Part shown: in pieces, positions 39,268 through 48,339 of the stretch | Layout of the letters: each line of letters starts with the position of its first letter | Position numbering within the stretch: position 1 is the first letter of the stretch | NCBI GenBank assembly: GCA_902524385.1 | Contig: CABZCZ010000002.1 | Span: 112,541 to 176,540 of the forward strand | From: an uncultured Alphaproteobacteria bacterium | GTDB taxonomy: Bacteria > Pseudomonadota > Alphaproteobacteria > HIMB59 > GCA-002718135 | Direction of reading: 5' to 3' | DNA: 64,000 nucleotides | Position numbers and translations under genes: made by a program | Notes under the pieces: generated by a model | Databases searched by the model: none | The model's input: the letters and a program-made list of their open reading frames with translations, nothing else | What the model was told of the DNA's origin: nothing

Positions 39268-40251
39268 ATGCACGTAAATTTAGAAGATTGGTACAAACCA
39301 GAACTAGATAAAAGGGTTTTAAAAAATTTATCAAAAAGAAAAGACCTACCTGGTCTAATACATTTCTTTTTTTACTTTTTATCTTTAATTGTCTCGGGTT
39401 ATCTTGCTTACATAACTCTAGGTACTTGGTGGACGTACTTATTCTTCTTTATATATGGAACAATTTATGCGTTCAGTGTAGCTAACTGGCATGAAACTGT
39501 TCACCGAACTGCATTCAAAACAAGATGGATAAATGAAATTTTTTATCACATTAGTTCTTTCATGTGTGATTTTGAAGGTTTCCGATGGAGATGGAGTCAT
39601 ACATTTCACCATTCCAAAACTCTTCAAACTGAGGATGATTATGATCATGAAATTCAAGTTTCAAGACCTGTGGAGTTGTTAGCATTCTTTTTAAATTTTA
39701 TTCCACTAACTGATTTACTTTATCCACATAAACTTATTAAGTACGAAGTTTTAAAACATGCCTTTGGAAAATTTTCACCAGTTATTGATATTACTGCCCC
39801 TAAAGAAGAAAAGAAAAAAATATTATGGAACTCAAGATTATATGTTTTGATATGGGTAATAGTAATTGCTTATTCTTTTTATATTGGTTCCATCTTACCA
39901 ATTGTATATATTATTTTACCAACATATATTGGTAAACCAATCTGGTTTGCTGTTAATGTAACACAACATTTAGCAGCTAAAGTTGATACAAAGGATCATC
40001 GCTTAAGCACTTATTCAGTAAGAATAAATCCTATTTTAAGTTTTTTGTACTGGCATATGGAATATCATCTAGAACATCATATGTATCCAATGGTTCCTTC
40101 GTATAATTTAAAAAAACTTCGTAAAGAAATTGACTCAGAACTTCCTAAACCCTTTAATAGCCTTTTTGATTTTTATAGAAAAGTTTTACCTTCGGTAATA
40201 GCTTTAGCAACTAATCCAGATAAATATTATAAAGTGAAACTTAATAATTAG
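39268..40251 (+). CDS. MocD-like membrane di-iron oxygenase (copy 3)
   Basis: His boxes HETVH, HTFHH, HLEHH; closest to copy 1. Confidence 0.85.
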   Translation: MHVNLEDWYKPELDKRVLKNLSKRKDLPGLIHFFFYFLSLIVSGYLAYITLGTWWTYLFFFIYGTIYAFSVANWHETVHRTAFKTRWINEIFYHISSFMCDFEGFRWRWSHTFHHSKTLQTEDDYDHEIQVSRPVELLAFFLNFIPLTDLLYPHKLIKYEVLKHAFGKFSPVIDITAPKEEKKKILWNSRLYVLIWVIVIAYSFYIGSILPIVYIILPTYIGKPIWFAVNVTQHLAAKVDTKDHRLSTYSVRINPILSFLYWHMEYHLEHHMYPMVPSYNLKKLRKEIDSELPKPFNSLFDFYRKVLPSVIALATNPDKYYKVKLNN

Positions 40252-40253
40252 AT

Positions 40254-40679
40254 TTACCAAGTTCCCAAATTTTCCATAGATTTCCATGGTTCCTGAACTG
40301 GAAGTGCTGCACCCTCTTGTAAAATTTCTAAAGATATTCCATCAGGTGAACGCACAAAAGCCATATGTCCATCACGCGGTGGTCTATTTATAGTGACACC
40401 ATTATTCATCAACTTTTCACATACCTCATAAATATTTTTGACACTGTAAGCAAGATGACCAAAGTTTCTTCCGCTAGTATATTCTTCTGGATCCCAATTA
40501 TATGTTAATTCGAGTAGTCCTGTTTTTTCATCACTGTTTTCTGCACCTAGAAATATAAGAGTAAAGCGTCCTTTTTCATTATCTACTCTTCTAACTTCTT
40601 TTAAATCCAACTTATTGCAATAAAAGTCTAGTGACTCATCAATATTGTTAACTCTAACCATAGTATGTAAATATTTCAT
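40254..40679 (-). CDS. gloA: Lactoylglutathione lyase (glyoxalase I)
   Basis: YLHTMVRV, LELTYNWD, FGHLA, FVRSPDG..LE. Confidence 0.9.
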   Translation of the reverse strand: MKYLHTMVRVNNIDESLDFYCNKLDLKEVRRVDNEKGRFTLIFLGAENSDEKTGLLELTYNWDPEEYTSGRNFGHLAYSVKNIYEVCEKLMNNGVTINRPPRDGHMAFVRSPDGISLEILQEGAALPVQEPWKSMENLGTW

Positions 40680-40740
40680 TTTTATAATCCTGTATAATTT
40701 TGTATTTGTACTACAAAATACATAGTATAATTTAAATTAT

Positions 40741-42252
40741 ATGAAAACTGTTTTTTTACTTTTTGATTCATTAAACAAAAGAATGTTAAATTCTTATGGT
40801 GGAAAATATATTGAAACACCAAATTTTAATAGATTAGCAAAAAAATCGGTTCAATTTAATAATCATTATATAGGAAGCATGCCTTGTATGCCTGCCAGAC
40901 GTGATATGCATTCAGGACGGCTAAGCTTCCTTCATCGAGCATGGGGACCTTTAGAACCATTTGATAATTCATTTCCAGAAATGTTAAGAATTAATAATAC
41001 GTATACTCACCTAGTAACTGATCACTATCATTACTTTGAAGATGGTGGAGCAACTTATCATAATAGGTTTAATTCATGGGACTTTATTCGAGGACAAGAG
41101 AGCGATCCTTGGAAAGCAATGGTTCAGCCTCCACTTGAAAAATTGAGAGAAAAATATCACAAATCGCAATTCAATTTAAGTGATAGGGAGGGAAAATATT
41201 ATAACTATGTAATAAATAGTGAATTTATAAAAGATGAGAAAGATTTTCCATCAGTGAAATGTTTTCAATCTGGATTAGATTTTTTAAATATAAATAAAAA
41301 TACTGATAATTGGTTTCTACAATTAGAGACTTTTGATCCACATGAACCCTTTTTCGCTCCTGAAAGATTCAGAGAAAAACTTAAGACAAATTATAGAGGG
41401 CCAAGATTAGATTGGCCTCAATATGATAAAGTAAGGGAAAATGATGAAGAGGTTGCTGAATTAAAAGCAAATTATTTAGCCCTTATAGGATTATGTGATT
41501 ATTTGTTAGGAACAGTATTAGATTTTTTTGATTCAAATAATCTCTGGCAAAATACAGCATTAATTTTAACTACAGATCATGGTTTTATGCTAGGCGAGCA
41601 TGATTGGTGGGCAAAAAACAGGATGCCGTTGTATAATGAGATAGCAAATATTCCGCTTTATTTTTCTCATCCTGATTTCAAAAAGTATAATGGCGAAAAA
41701 AGAAATGTCGTTACTCAAAATATTGATTTAATGCCAACCTTTATGATAATGCACGGTCATAAAATCCCAAAAGAAGTAAAAGGAAAATCGATTGTAAATT
41801 TTTTAGATAAAGATAATGAAAGAGATTATTGTGCATTATATGGATATTGGGGTGGAGGAATTAATATTTCAGATGGGAAATATACATATTTTCATTATCC
41901 AGAAAATTTTAATCAATATGACAGAAGTAGGTACCAATACACGTTAATGCCTACAAATATGAGACAATTTTTTTCAAATGAAGAATTGCAAACAGCAACT
42001 ATGCACAAACCATTTAACTTCACTAAAAATATTCCAGTAATGAAGGTAAATAAAATATTAAGGAAGACTGATTCCCTTGCGACTTTAATTGATACAAAAA
42101 GCGCCCTTTATGACTTGAAAGAAGATCCAGGACAATTAAATCAATTACATGATAATGATCTAATTGCTCGATATAAAGATCTCATGTTTAAAGAAATAAA
42201 ATTATATGATCCTCCTAAAGAATTATTGGAAAACTATTTTAATCTGGAATAA
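40741..42252 (+). CDS. Cys-type (formylglycine) sulfatase, no signal peptide
   Basis: FDS at N-terminus, CMPAR (CxPxR), DPHEP, TTDHG..GEH..K. Confidence 0.9.
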   Translation: MKTVFLLFDSLNKRMLNSYGGKYIETPNFNRLAKKSVQFNNHYIGSMPCMPARRDMHSGRLSFLHRAWGPLEPFDNSFPEMLRINNTYTHLVTDHYHYFEDGGATYHNRFNSWDFIRGQESDPWKAMVQPPLEKLREKYHKSQFNLSDREGKYYNYVINSEFIKDEKDFPSVKCFQSGLDFLNINKNTDNWFLQLETFDPHEPFFAPERFREKLKTNYRGPRLDWPQYDKVRENDEEVAELKANYLALIGLCDYLLGTVLDFFDSNNLWQNTALILTTDHGFMLGEHDWWAKNRMPLYNEIANIPLYFSHPDFKKYNGEKRNVVTQNIDLMPTFMIMHGHKIPKEVKGKSIVNFLDKDNERDYCALYGYWGGGINISDGKYTYFHYPENFNQYDRSRYQYTLMPTNMRQFFSNEELQTATMHKPFNFTKNIPVMKVNKILRKTDSLATLIDTKSALYDLKEDPGQLNQLHDNDLIARYKDLMFKEIKLYDPPKELLENYFNLE

Positions 42253-42277
42253 TTAGTAAAACTTTTATCATCGTGGT

Positions 42278-42306
42278 TTGCTTTAGGCATTAAGATAGAG
42301 TAAGAT
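42278..42306 (+). promoter_or_regulatory. Putative xylA promoter TTGCTT-N17-TAAGAT
   Basis: Near-consensus -35/-10 with 17-nt spacer, followed by GAGGA SD. Confidence 0.6.
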
Positions 42307-42322
42307 AGTTAACGAGGAAATT

Positions 42323-43636
42323 ATGACAGATTATTTTAAAAATATACCTGAAATAAAATATGAAGGATCCAACAGTACTAATCCTTTAGCTTTTAAATTT
42401 TATGATGAAAATAAAAAAGTTTTAGGTAGGTCTATGAAAGAACATTTACGATTTGCTACTTGTTATTGGCATACATTTAATTGGCCTGGCCATGATCCAT
42501 TTGGTGGTCAAACATTTGATAGACCTTGGATGCAAGCAGGTGATGAAATGAAAATGGCTGAAGTGAAACTTGATGCTGCATTTGATTTTTTCACTAAAAT
42601 TAAAACACCCTTTTTCTGCTTTCACGACAGAGATATTTCTCCTGAAGGTTCAAATTATGCTGAGACACAAAAAAATTTCTTTCATATTATAGATTTAATG
42701 GAACAAAAAATTAATATCTCAGGAATGAAATTACTTTGGGGAACAGCAAATGCTTTTTCTCATAAAAGATATATGAGTGGTGCCTCTACCAATCCAGATC
42801 CAGAAGTTTTTGCATATAAAGCTGCTCAAGTAAAAGATTGCATGGATGCAACTAAGAGATTAGGTGGTCAAAATTACGTTCTTTGGGGTGGAAGAGAAGG
42901 ATACGAAACTATTCTTAATACTGATATGAATATGGAAACTGCTAATCTACAAAGATTTTTGGAATTAGTCGTTAATTATAAACACAAGATTGGATTTAAA
43001 GGTCAAATTTTATTGGAACCAAAGCCTCATGAACCAACTAAACACCAATATGATTTTGATTCTGCAACTTGCTTAGCTTTTTTACGAAAGGCAGGTTTAG
43101 AAAATGAGATTAAATTAAATATTGAAGTTAATCATGCAACTTTATCTGGTCATAATTTTGAACATGAAATTGCTTATGCAACTTCGAACAGAGTATTAGG
43201 AAGTATTGATATCAATAGAGGCGATACTTTAATTGGTTGGGATACGGATCAATTCCCAAATAACCCTGCTGACTTAATTATGTCATTTTATTTTATTTTT
43301 AAAAATGGTGGCTTAGGCCAAGGAGGTATGAACTTTGATGCAAAAATAAGAAGACAATCTATTGATGCTGAAGATTTATTTCATGCTCACATTGGGGGTA
43401 TGGATGTATGTGCTAAAACACTTATCGCTGTTGAAAAATTAATGAATGATAATGTTATTCCTAAGTTTATTGAAGATAGATATGAAGACTGGAATAAAAT
43501 TTTGGGGCAGTTTATTCATAATAAAGATACTGGATTAGATGATATAAATAAAAAAGTAATCGATGATAATATTGAACCAGAACCTCGTTCAGGAAAACAA
43601 GAATATCTGGAAAATATCTTAAATAAATATTTGTAG
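42323..43636 (+). CDS. xylA: Xylose isomerase (class II)
   Basis: YWHTF, FHDRD, WGGREGY, EPKP.EP.KHQYD, WDTDQF, NFDAK. Confidence 0.95.
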   Translation: MTDYFKNIPEIKYEGSNSTNPLAFKFYDENKKVLGRSMKEHLRFATCYWHTFNWPGHDPFGGQTFDRPWMQAGDEMKMAEVKLDAAFDFFTKIKTPFFCFHDRDISPEGSNYAETQKNFFHIIDLMEQKINISGMKLLWGTANAFSHKRYMSGASTNPDPEVFAYKAAQVKDCMDATKRLGGQNYVLWGGREGYETILNTDMNMETANLQRFLELVVNYKHKIGFKGQILLEPKPHEPTKHQYDFDSATCLAFLRKAGLENEIKLNIEVNHATLSGHNFEHEIAYATSNRVLGSIDINRGDTLIGWDTDQFPNNPADLIMSFYFIFKNGGLGQGGMNFDAKIRRQSIDAEDLFHAHIGGMDVCAKTLIAVEKLMNDNVIPKFIEDRYEDWNKILGQFIHNKDTGLDDINKKVIDDNIEPEPRSGKQEYLENILNKYL

Positions 43637-43678
43637 TTACTAACCATAAGTTTCTATACTAATTGATTTATAAATATT

Positions 43679-44608
43679 ATGAAAATTTATAAATTAGATA
43701 CAGCATCAGATTTTGAAAAGTTAAACCTTTGTCTTGCAATAGGTAATTTTGATGGAATACATAAAGGGCACCAAGAAATAATAAATAAAATTAAGGAGAT
43801 TGCATCAAACAATAATTTATTATCTTCTATAATGAGTTTTAATCCTCATCCTCGTGTTTACTTTAATCAAATTAATGACCCTTTTAATATTTATACTCAA
43901 AGTGATAAAATAAATTTTCTTGAAAGATTGGGTTTAGAAATATTTATAGATTTTACTTTTGATAACAATCTATCAATATTATCAGCTGATGATTTTGTAA
44001 CTAAAATTCTTATTGACAAATTAAATATTAAATACTTAGTTATAGGTACTGACTTTAAGTTTGGAAAAGATAGAAAAGGTAATTTTAAAATATTACAAAA
44101 GTATGTAGAAAAAAATAATTTTAATATTCATTTAATCGATCCTATTATGCTTGCTGATAAATCTGATAAATATTCATCTTCAATAATTCGATCACAAATA
44201 AAAGAAGGTTATATGGAAGATGTTACAGAGTCTTTAGGTAGGCCCTGGCATATGCATGGAACAATAATTCAAGGTGATAAAAGGGCTAGAGAAATCAATT
44301 TTCCGACTGCTAATATGATACCAGATCAACACATATTACCAAAAAGAGGTGTTTACTGTGTTAAAGTGATGTTAGAAGGTAAAAAATACAAAGGTGTTTC
44401 AAATTTTGGTTTAAGACCAACAGTCGATGGAAGCAAACTCCTTCTAGAGACACATATGTTTAATTTTAGTAAAGAAATATATGGTAAAGAATTGACTGTT
44501 GAATTCCTTACATTTATTAGGTCTGAACAAAAGTTTAATAATTTTGAAGAATTAACTAAGCAAATCAATAACGATATAAATAAAGCTAAAAAATATCACC
44601 AAATATAA
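43679..44608 (+). CDS. ribF: Riboflavin kinase / FAD synthetase
   Basis: GNFDGIHKGH, DFKFG, FPTAN, G.RPT, ETH. Confidence 0.95.
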   Translation: MKIYKLDTASDFEKLNLCLAIGNFDGIHKGHQEIINKIKEIASNNNLLSSIMSFNPHPRVYFNQINDPFNIYTQSDKINFLERLGLEIFIDFTFDNNLSILSADDFVTKILIDKLNIKYLVIGTDFKFGKDRKGNFKILQKYVEKNNFNIHLIDPIMLADKSDKYSSSIIRSQIKEGYMEDVTESLGRPWHMHGTIIQGDKRAREINFPTANMIPDQHILPKRGVYCVKVMLEGKKYKGVSNFGLRPTVDGSKLLLETHMFNFSKEIYGKELTVEFLTFIRSEQKFNNFEELTKQINNDINKAKKYHQI

Positions 44609-47385
44609 TGGAATATAAAGATACAATTTTTCTTCCCAAAACATCTTTTGAAATGAGAGCTAACCTTCCTTCAAAAGAACCTGCAATAATAAAGGAGTGG
44701 GATAAAAAAAATATTTTTAAAAAGCTAAGAGATAAATCTATAGGTAGAGAAAAATTTGTTCTTCATGATGGCCCACCATATGCAAATGGACATATTCATA
44801 TGGGGACAGCTCTTAATAAAATTTTAAAAGATGTCATTGTGCGAACACAACAAATGGTTGGAAAAGACTCTATTTATGTTCCTGGATGGGATTGTCACGG
44901 TTTACCAATTGAATGGAAAATAGAGGAAGAATATAGAAATAAAGGAAAGAACAAGGATGATGTCCCAACTGTTCAATTTAGAAATGAGTGTAGAGAGTTT
45001 GCAGAAAAATGGATCGATATACAAAAAAAAGAGTTTAGACGACTTGGTGTTGAAGGAGATTGGGAAAATCCTTACCTCACAATGTCAAATCAAGCAGAGG
45101 CACAAATAGTTAGAGAGCTAGGAAAATTTCTTCTTGATGAAAGTTTGTATAAAGGAGCAAAACCAGTTCTTTGGTCCGTTGTAGAAAAGACAGCTTTAGC
45201 TGATGCTGAAGTTGAATATGAAGATCATACCTCCAACACTATATACGTTAAATTTTTAATTAAAAATTCTACTGATAAAGATTTAATTGACTCTAATATT
45301 GTTATTTGGACAACAACTCCTTGGACGATTCCAGGTAATAGAGCTTTGGCTTATGGTAAAGAATTAGATTATTCACTTATTGTTGTTGAAGAATTAGAAA
45401 AGGATAGTTTAGTTAAAAAAAATGATAAATTAATATTTGCTTCAGAACTTTTAGAAAGTGTAACTAAAGAAATTGGTATTAAGAAATTTAGTACAAAAAA
45501 GAAATTAAAAGGAGATAATTTATCTTCTTGTGAGTGCGAGCACCCATTTAAACAATTGGGTTATGATTTTATTGTAAAACCATTTCATGGGGATTTTGTA
45601 AACTTAGAACAGGGAACAGGAGTCGTACACATAGCTCCTGGACACGGAGATGATGACTATGTTTTAGGTATAGAAAACAATGTTGATATTATCCAGACAG
45701 TTCAAGATGATGGAAAATATAATCAACATGCCGTTGGTTTTGAAGGTGAACATATTTATAAAGTAGATCACAAAATTGCAGATAAATTAGAAGAATTTTC
45801 AAAATTATTATTTAAAGGGACGCTTCGTCATAGCTATCCACATTCATGGAGGTCTAAAGCTCCTCTTATTTATAGAAATACTCCACAATGGTTCATTTCC
45901 ATGGAAAAAAATAATTTAAGACACATTGCTCTTAAATCAATTGATGAAACTACTTTTTATCCTCCTCAAGGCCAAACAAGGCTTAGATCAATGATTGAAA
46001 CTAGACCGGATTGGTGTGTATCTAGACAAAGAGTGTGGGGTGTACCTTTACCATTATTTGTAAATAAAAAAACGGGTCAACCTTTAAGAGATGAAAATAT
46101 TATCAATAGAATAGCTGACATATATGAAAAAGAAGGAAGCAATACGTGGTTTACTGAAGATCCACAAAGGTTTTTAGGTGATGAATATTCAATTGATGAT
46201 TATGAACAGGTAAAAGATGTAGTTGAAGTATGGTTTGATAGTGGTTCTACACATGCCTTTTGTTTAGAACAAAGAGAAGATTTGAAATGGCCTGCATCGA
46301 TGTACTTAGAAGGAAGTGATCAACACAGAGGATGGTTTCATTCATCTCTTTTAGAATCTTCGGGCACTAGGGGAAAGGCACCATATGAAAGTGTTTTGAC
46401 ACACGGATTCGTTGTTGACGGAAGAGGACGTAAAATGTCTAAATCTTTAGGTAATGTCATTTCTCCTGATGATATTTTAAAAAAATATGGAGTAGATATT
46501 TTAAGATTATGGGTTGTTGCTTCTGATTATTATGATGATCTTAAACTTGATAATGCCATTCTCAAATCACAAGCTGAGTCTTATAGAAGAATAAGAAACA
46601 CCTTTCGTTTTTTAATCGGTAATTTATATGATTTTACTGAAGAAGAAGCTATTGATGAGAGTGAGTTTCCAGAGTTAGAAAAATATCTTCTACATCGGTT
46701 GTGGGAAGTTGATCAAGTTGTCCAAAAATGTGTATCAACATTTAACTTTCACTTGATGTTTACAACACTATTGAACTTTTGTTCAAGCGACCTTTCAGCT
46801 TTTTATTTTGATATTAGAAAAGACACTATATATTGTGATAGTAAAGAGTCAGTTAAAAGAAGGTCTACTAGAACTCTATTAAATATAATTTTTAATCATT
46901 TAGTAAGATGGTTTGCCCCATCGATTTCCTTTACTTCTGAAGAAGCTTGGAAAGCCATGGGAAATAAAGAAAGTATACACCTACAAGATTTTTTACAATG
47001 TAAAAAAGAATATGAGGATAATCAATTAAATGAAAAATGGAATATAATTAAAAATATTAGAAAAGTTGCTACTGGAGCCATTGAAATAATTAGAGAAGAA
47101 AAAACTATTCGCTCAAGCCTTGAAGCACACATAGATATTTTTGTTTCTACAGAAAGTTATAAAAAACTAGATAAAGTAATGTTTGATGAAATTACAATTA
47201 CTTCATCATTTTCTTTGTATGTTATTGACGAAAAATCCAATGGTTTTTCTATTGAAGATATTTCTGATGTTATTGTAAAAGCATCAAAGGTAAATGGAAA
47301 AAAGTGTCAAAGATGTTGGAAATATGAGGCAAAGTTAATAAATGATGAAGTTTGTAAAAGGTGTAATACTGTAATATTTAAGTGA
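44608..47385 (+). CDS. ileS: Isoleucine-tRNA ligase
   Basis: HDGPPYANG.IHMG, GWDCHGLP, WTTTPWT, KMSKS, C-terminal Zn finger. Confidence 0.98.
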   Translation: MEYKDTIFLPKTSFEMRANLPSKEPAIIKEWDKKNIFKKLRDKSIGREKFVLHDGPPYANGHIHMGTALNKILKDVIVRTQQMVGKDSIYVPGWDCHGLPIEWKIEEEYRNKGKNKDDVPTVQFRNECREFAEKWIDIQKKEFRRLGVEGDWENPYLTMSNQAEAQIVRELGKFLLDESLYKGAKPVLWSVVEKTALADAEVEYEDHTSNTIYVKFLIKNSTDKDLIDSNIVIWTTTPWTIPGNRALAYGKELDYSLIVVEELEKDSLVKKNDKLIFASELLESVTKEIGIKKFSTKKKLKGDNLSSCECEHPFKQLGYDFIVKPFHGDFVNLEQGTGVVHIAPGHGDDDYVLGIENNVDIIQTVQDDGKYNQHAVGFEGEHIYKVDHKIADKLEEFSKLLFKGTLRHSYPHSWRSKAPLIYRNTPQWFISMEKNNLRHIALKSIDETTFYPPQGQTRLRSMIETRPDWCVSRQRVWGVPLPLFVNKKTGQPLRDENIINRIADIYEKEGSNTWFTEDPQRFLGDEYSIDDYEQVKDVVEVWFDSGSTHAFCLEQREDLKWPASMYLEGSDQHRGWFHSSLLESSGTRGKAPYESVLTHGFVVDGRGRKMSKSLGNVISPDDILKKYGVDILRLWVVASDYYDDLKLDNAILKSQAESYRRIRNTFRFLIGNLYDFTEEEAIDESEFPELEKYLLHRLWEVDQVVQKCVSTFNFHLMFTTLLNFCSSDLSAFYFDIRKDTIYCDSKESVKRRSTRTLLNIIFNHLVRWFAPSISFTSEEAWKAMGNKESIHLQDFLQCKKEYEDNQLNEKWNIIKNIRKVATGAIEIIREEKTIRSSLEAHIDIFVSTESYKKLDKVMFDEITITSSFSLYVIDEKSNGFSIEDISDVIVKASKVNGKKCQRCWKYEAKLINDEVCKRCNTVIFK

Positions 47386-47834
47386 TTAAAACAACAGTAT
47401 TTATTTTTTTGATATTATTAGATTTATTAACAAAATTTTTGATTCAAAAAAATTTATTTTTAAATCAATCAATAAGAATCAATGAATATTTTGATTTGGT
47501 TTATGTTCAGAACTTTGGTGTTTCTTTTGGTTTATTTTCTGGTTATGTTTCTCATTGGATACTAATATTTATAGCCTTATTAGTTGTTATATTAATTTTT
47601 TATTTATATATTAAATCAGATAAACAACTTGAAAAACTGGCTTATTTCTTTGTTATGATTGGGGCATTATCAAATATTATTGATAGATTGATAAATAGTT
47701 ATGTTGTTGATTTTATCTTACTACATTATGAAAATTTTTATTTGCCAGCATTTAATCTAGCAGATATCTATATTACAATTGGAATTATCATGTTATTAAT
47801 TAGTTTTTTTATAAAATCAAAAAAATTAAAATGA
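47382..47834 (+). CDS. lspA: Lipoprotein signal peptidase
   Basis: N.G.SFG, GALSNIIDR, VVDF, FNLAD; follows ileS. Confidence 0.95.
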   Translation: MIKTTVFIFLILLDLLTKFLIQKNLFLNQSIRINEYFDLVYVQNFGVSFGLFSGYVSHWILIFIALLVVILIFYLYIKSDKQLEKLAYFFVMIGALSNIIDRLINSYVVDFILLHYENFYLPAFNLADIYITIGIIMLLISFFIKSKKLK

Positions 47835-48331
47835 AAAAAGTTATTTTTGTAACAATCATTTCCTCAATTTTTCTATCTTCTTGTAATACTATAAGAAGTA
47901 GTGCTGGTGTAGAAAGAAAGGTAATAGATGAATACAATGTAGTTGAAAACCCTCCATTGGTAATTCCACCAAATTTTAATTTACTACCACCTGATCAAAT
48001 TGAATCAAAAGATATTGATGATACCGATAGTGAGCTTGCAAAGGAAATTCTCTTTGGTCTGGATGAAGATAGTGATGAAACAGCTTCTGAAAATTCTGTT
48101 ATTGACAATATTTTAAAAGAAACTGAAGCAGATCAAGTAGATAATAGTATCAGACAAGATCTTGATGGGAACTCAGAAGATGAAATAACTCAAAATAATA
48201 CAGATGTTGAAATTGAAAATATAGAAGAGCCAAAAAAGAAGAAAAAGCTTCTCTTTTTCAAGAGTAAAGTAGAAAATGAAGATGATGAAGAAGATCAACC
48301 TAAAAAGAAAAAGAAATTTTTCTTCTTTTAA
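47831..48331 (+). CDS. DUF3035-like lipoprotein
   Basis: Lipobox LSSC, DE..V...PPLVIPP.F.L.PP; usual position after lspA. Confidence 0.75.
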   Translation: MKKVIFVTIISSIFLSSCNTIRSSAGVERKVIDEYNVVENPPLVIPPNFNLLPPDQIESKDIDDTDSELAKEILFGLDEDSDETASENSVIDNILKETEADQVDNSIRQDLDGNSEDEITQNNTDVEIENIEEPKKKKKLLFFKSKVENEDDEEDQPKKKKKFFFF

Positions 48332-48339
48332 TTTTATCA

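Noticed and set aside
31292-40251. Reading the His-box proteins as lipid desaturases or a PUFA cluster
   Set aside because: MocD-type motifs and sugar-catabolic context; no acyl carrier or lipid genes nearby.
43636-43679. Island attachment site or tRNA at the xylA/ribF junction
   Set aside because: Only 42 nt, with no tRNA structure, direct repeat or integrase.
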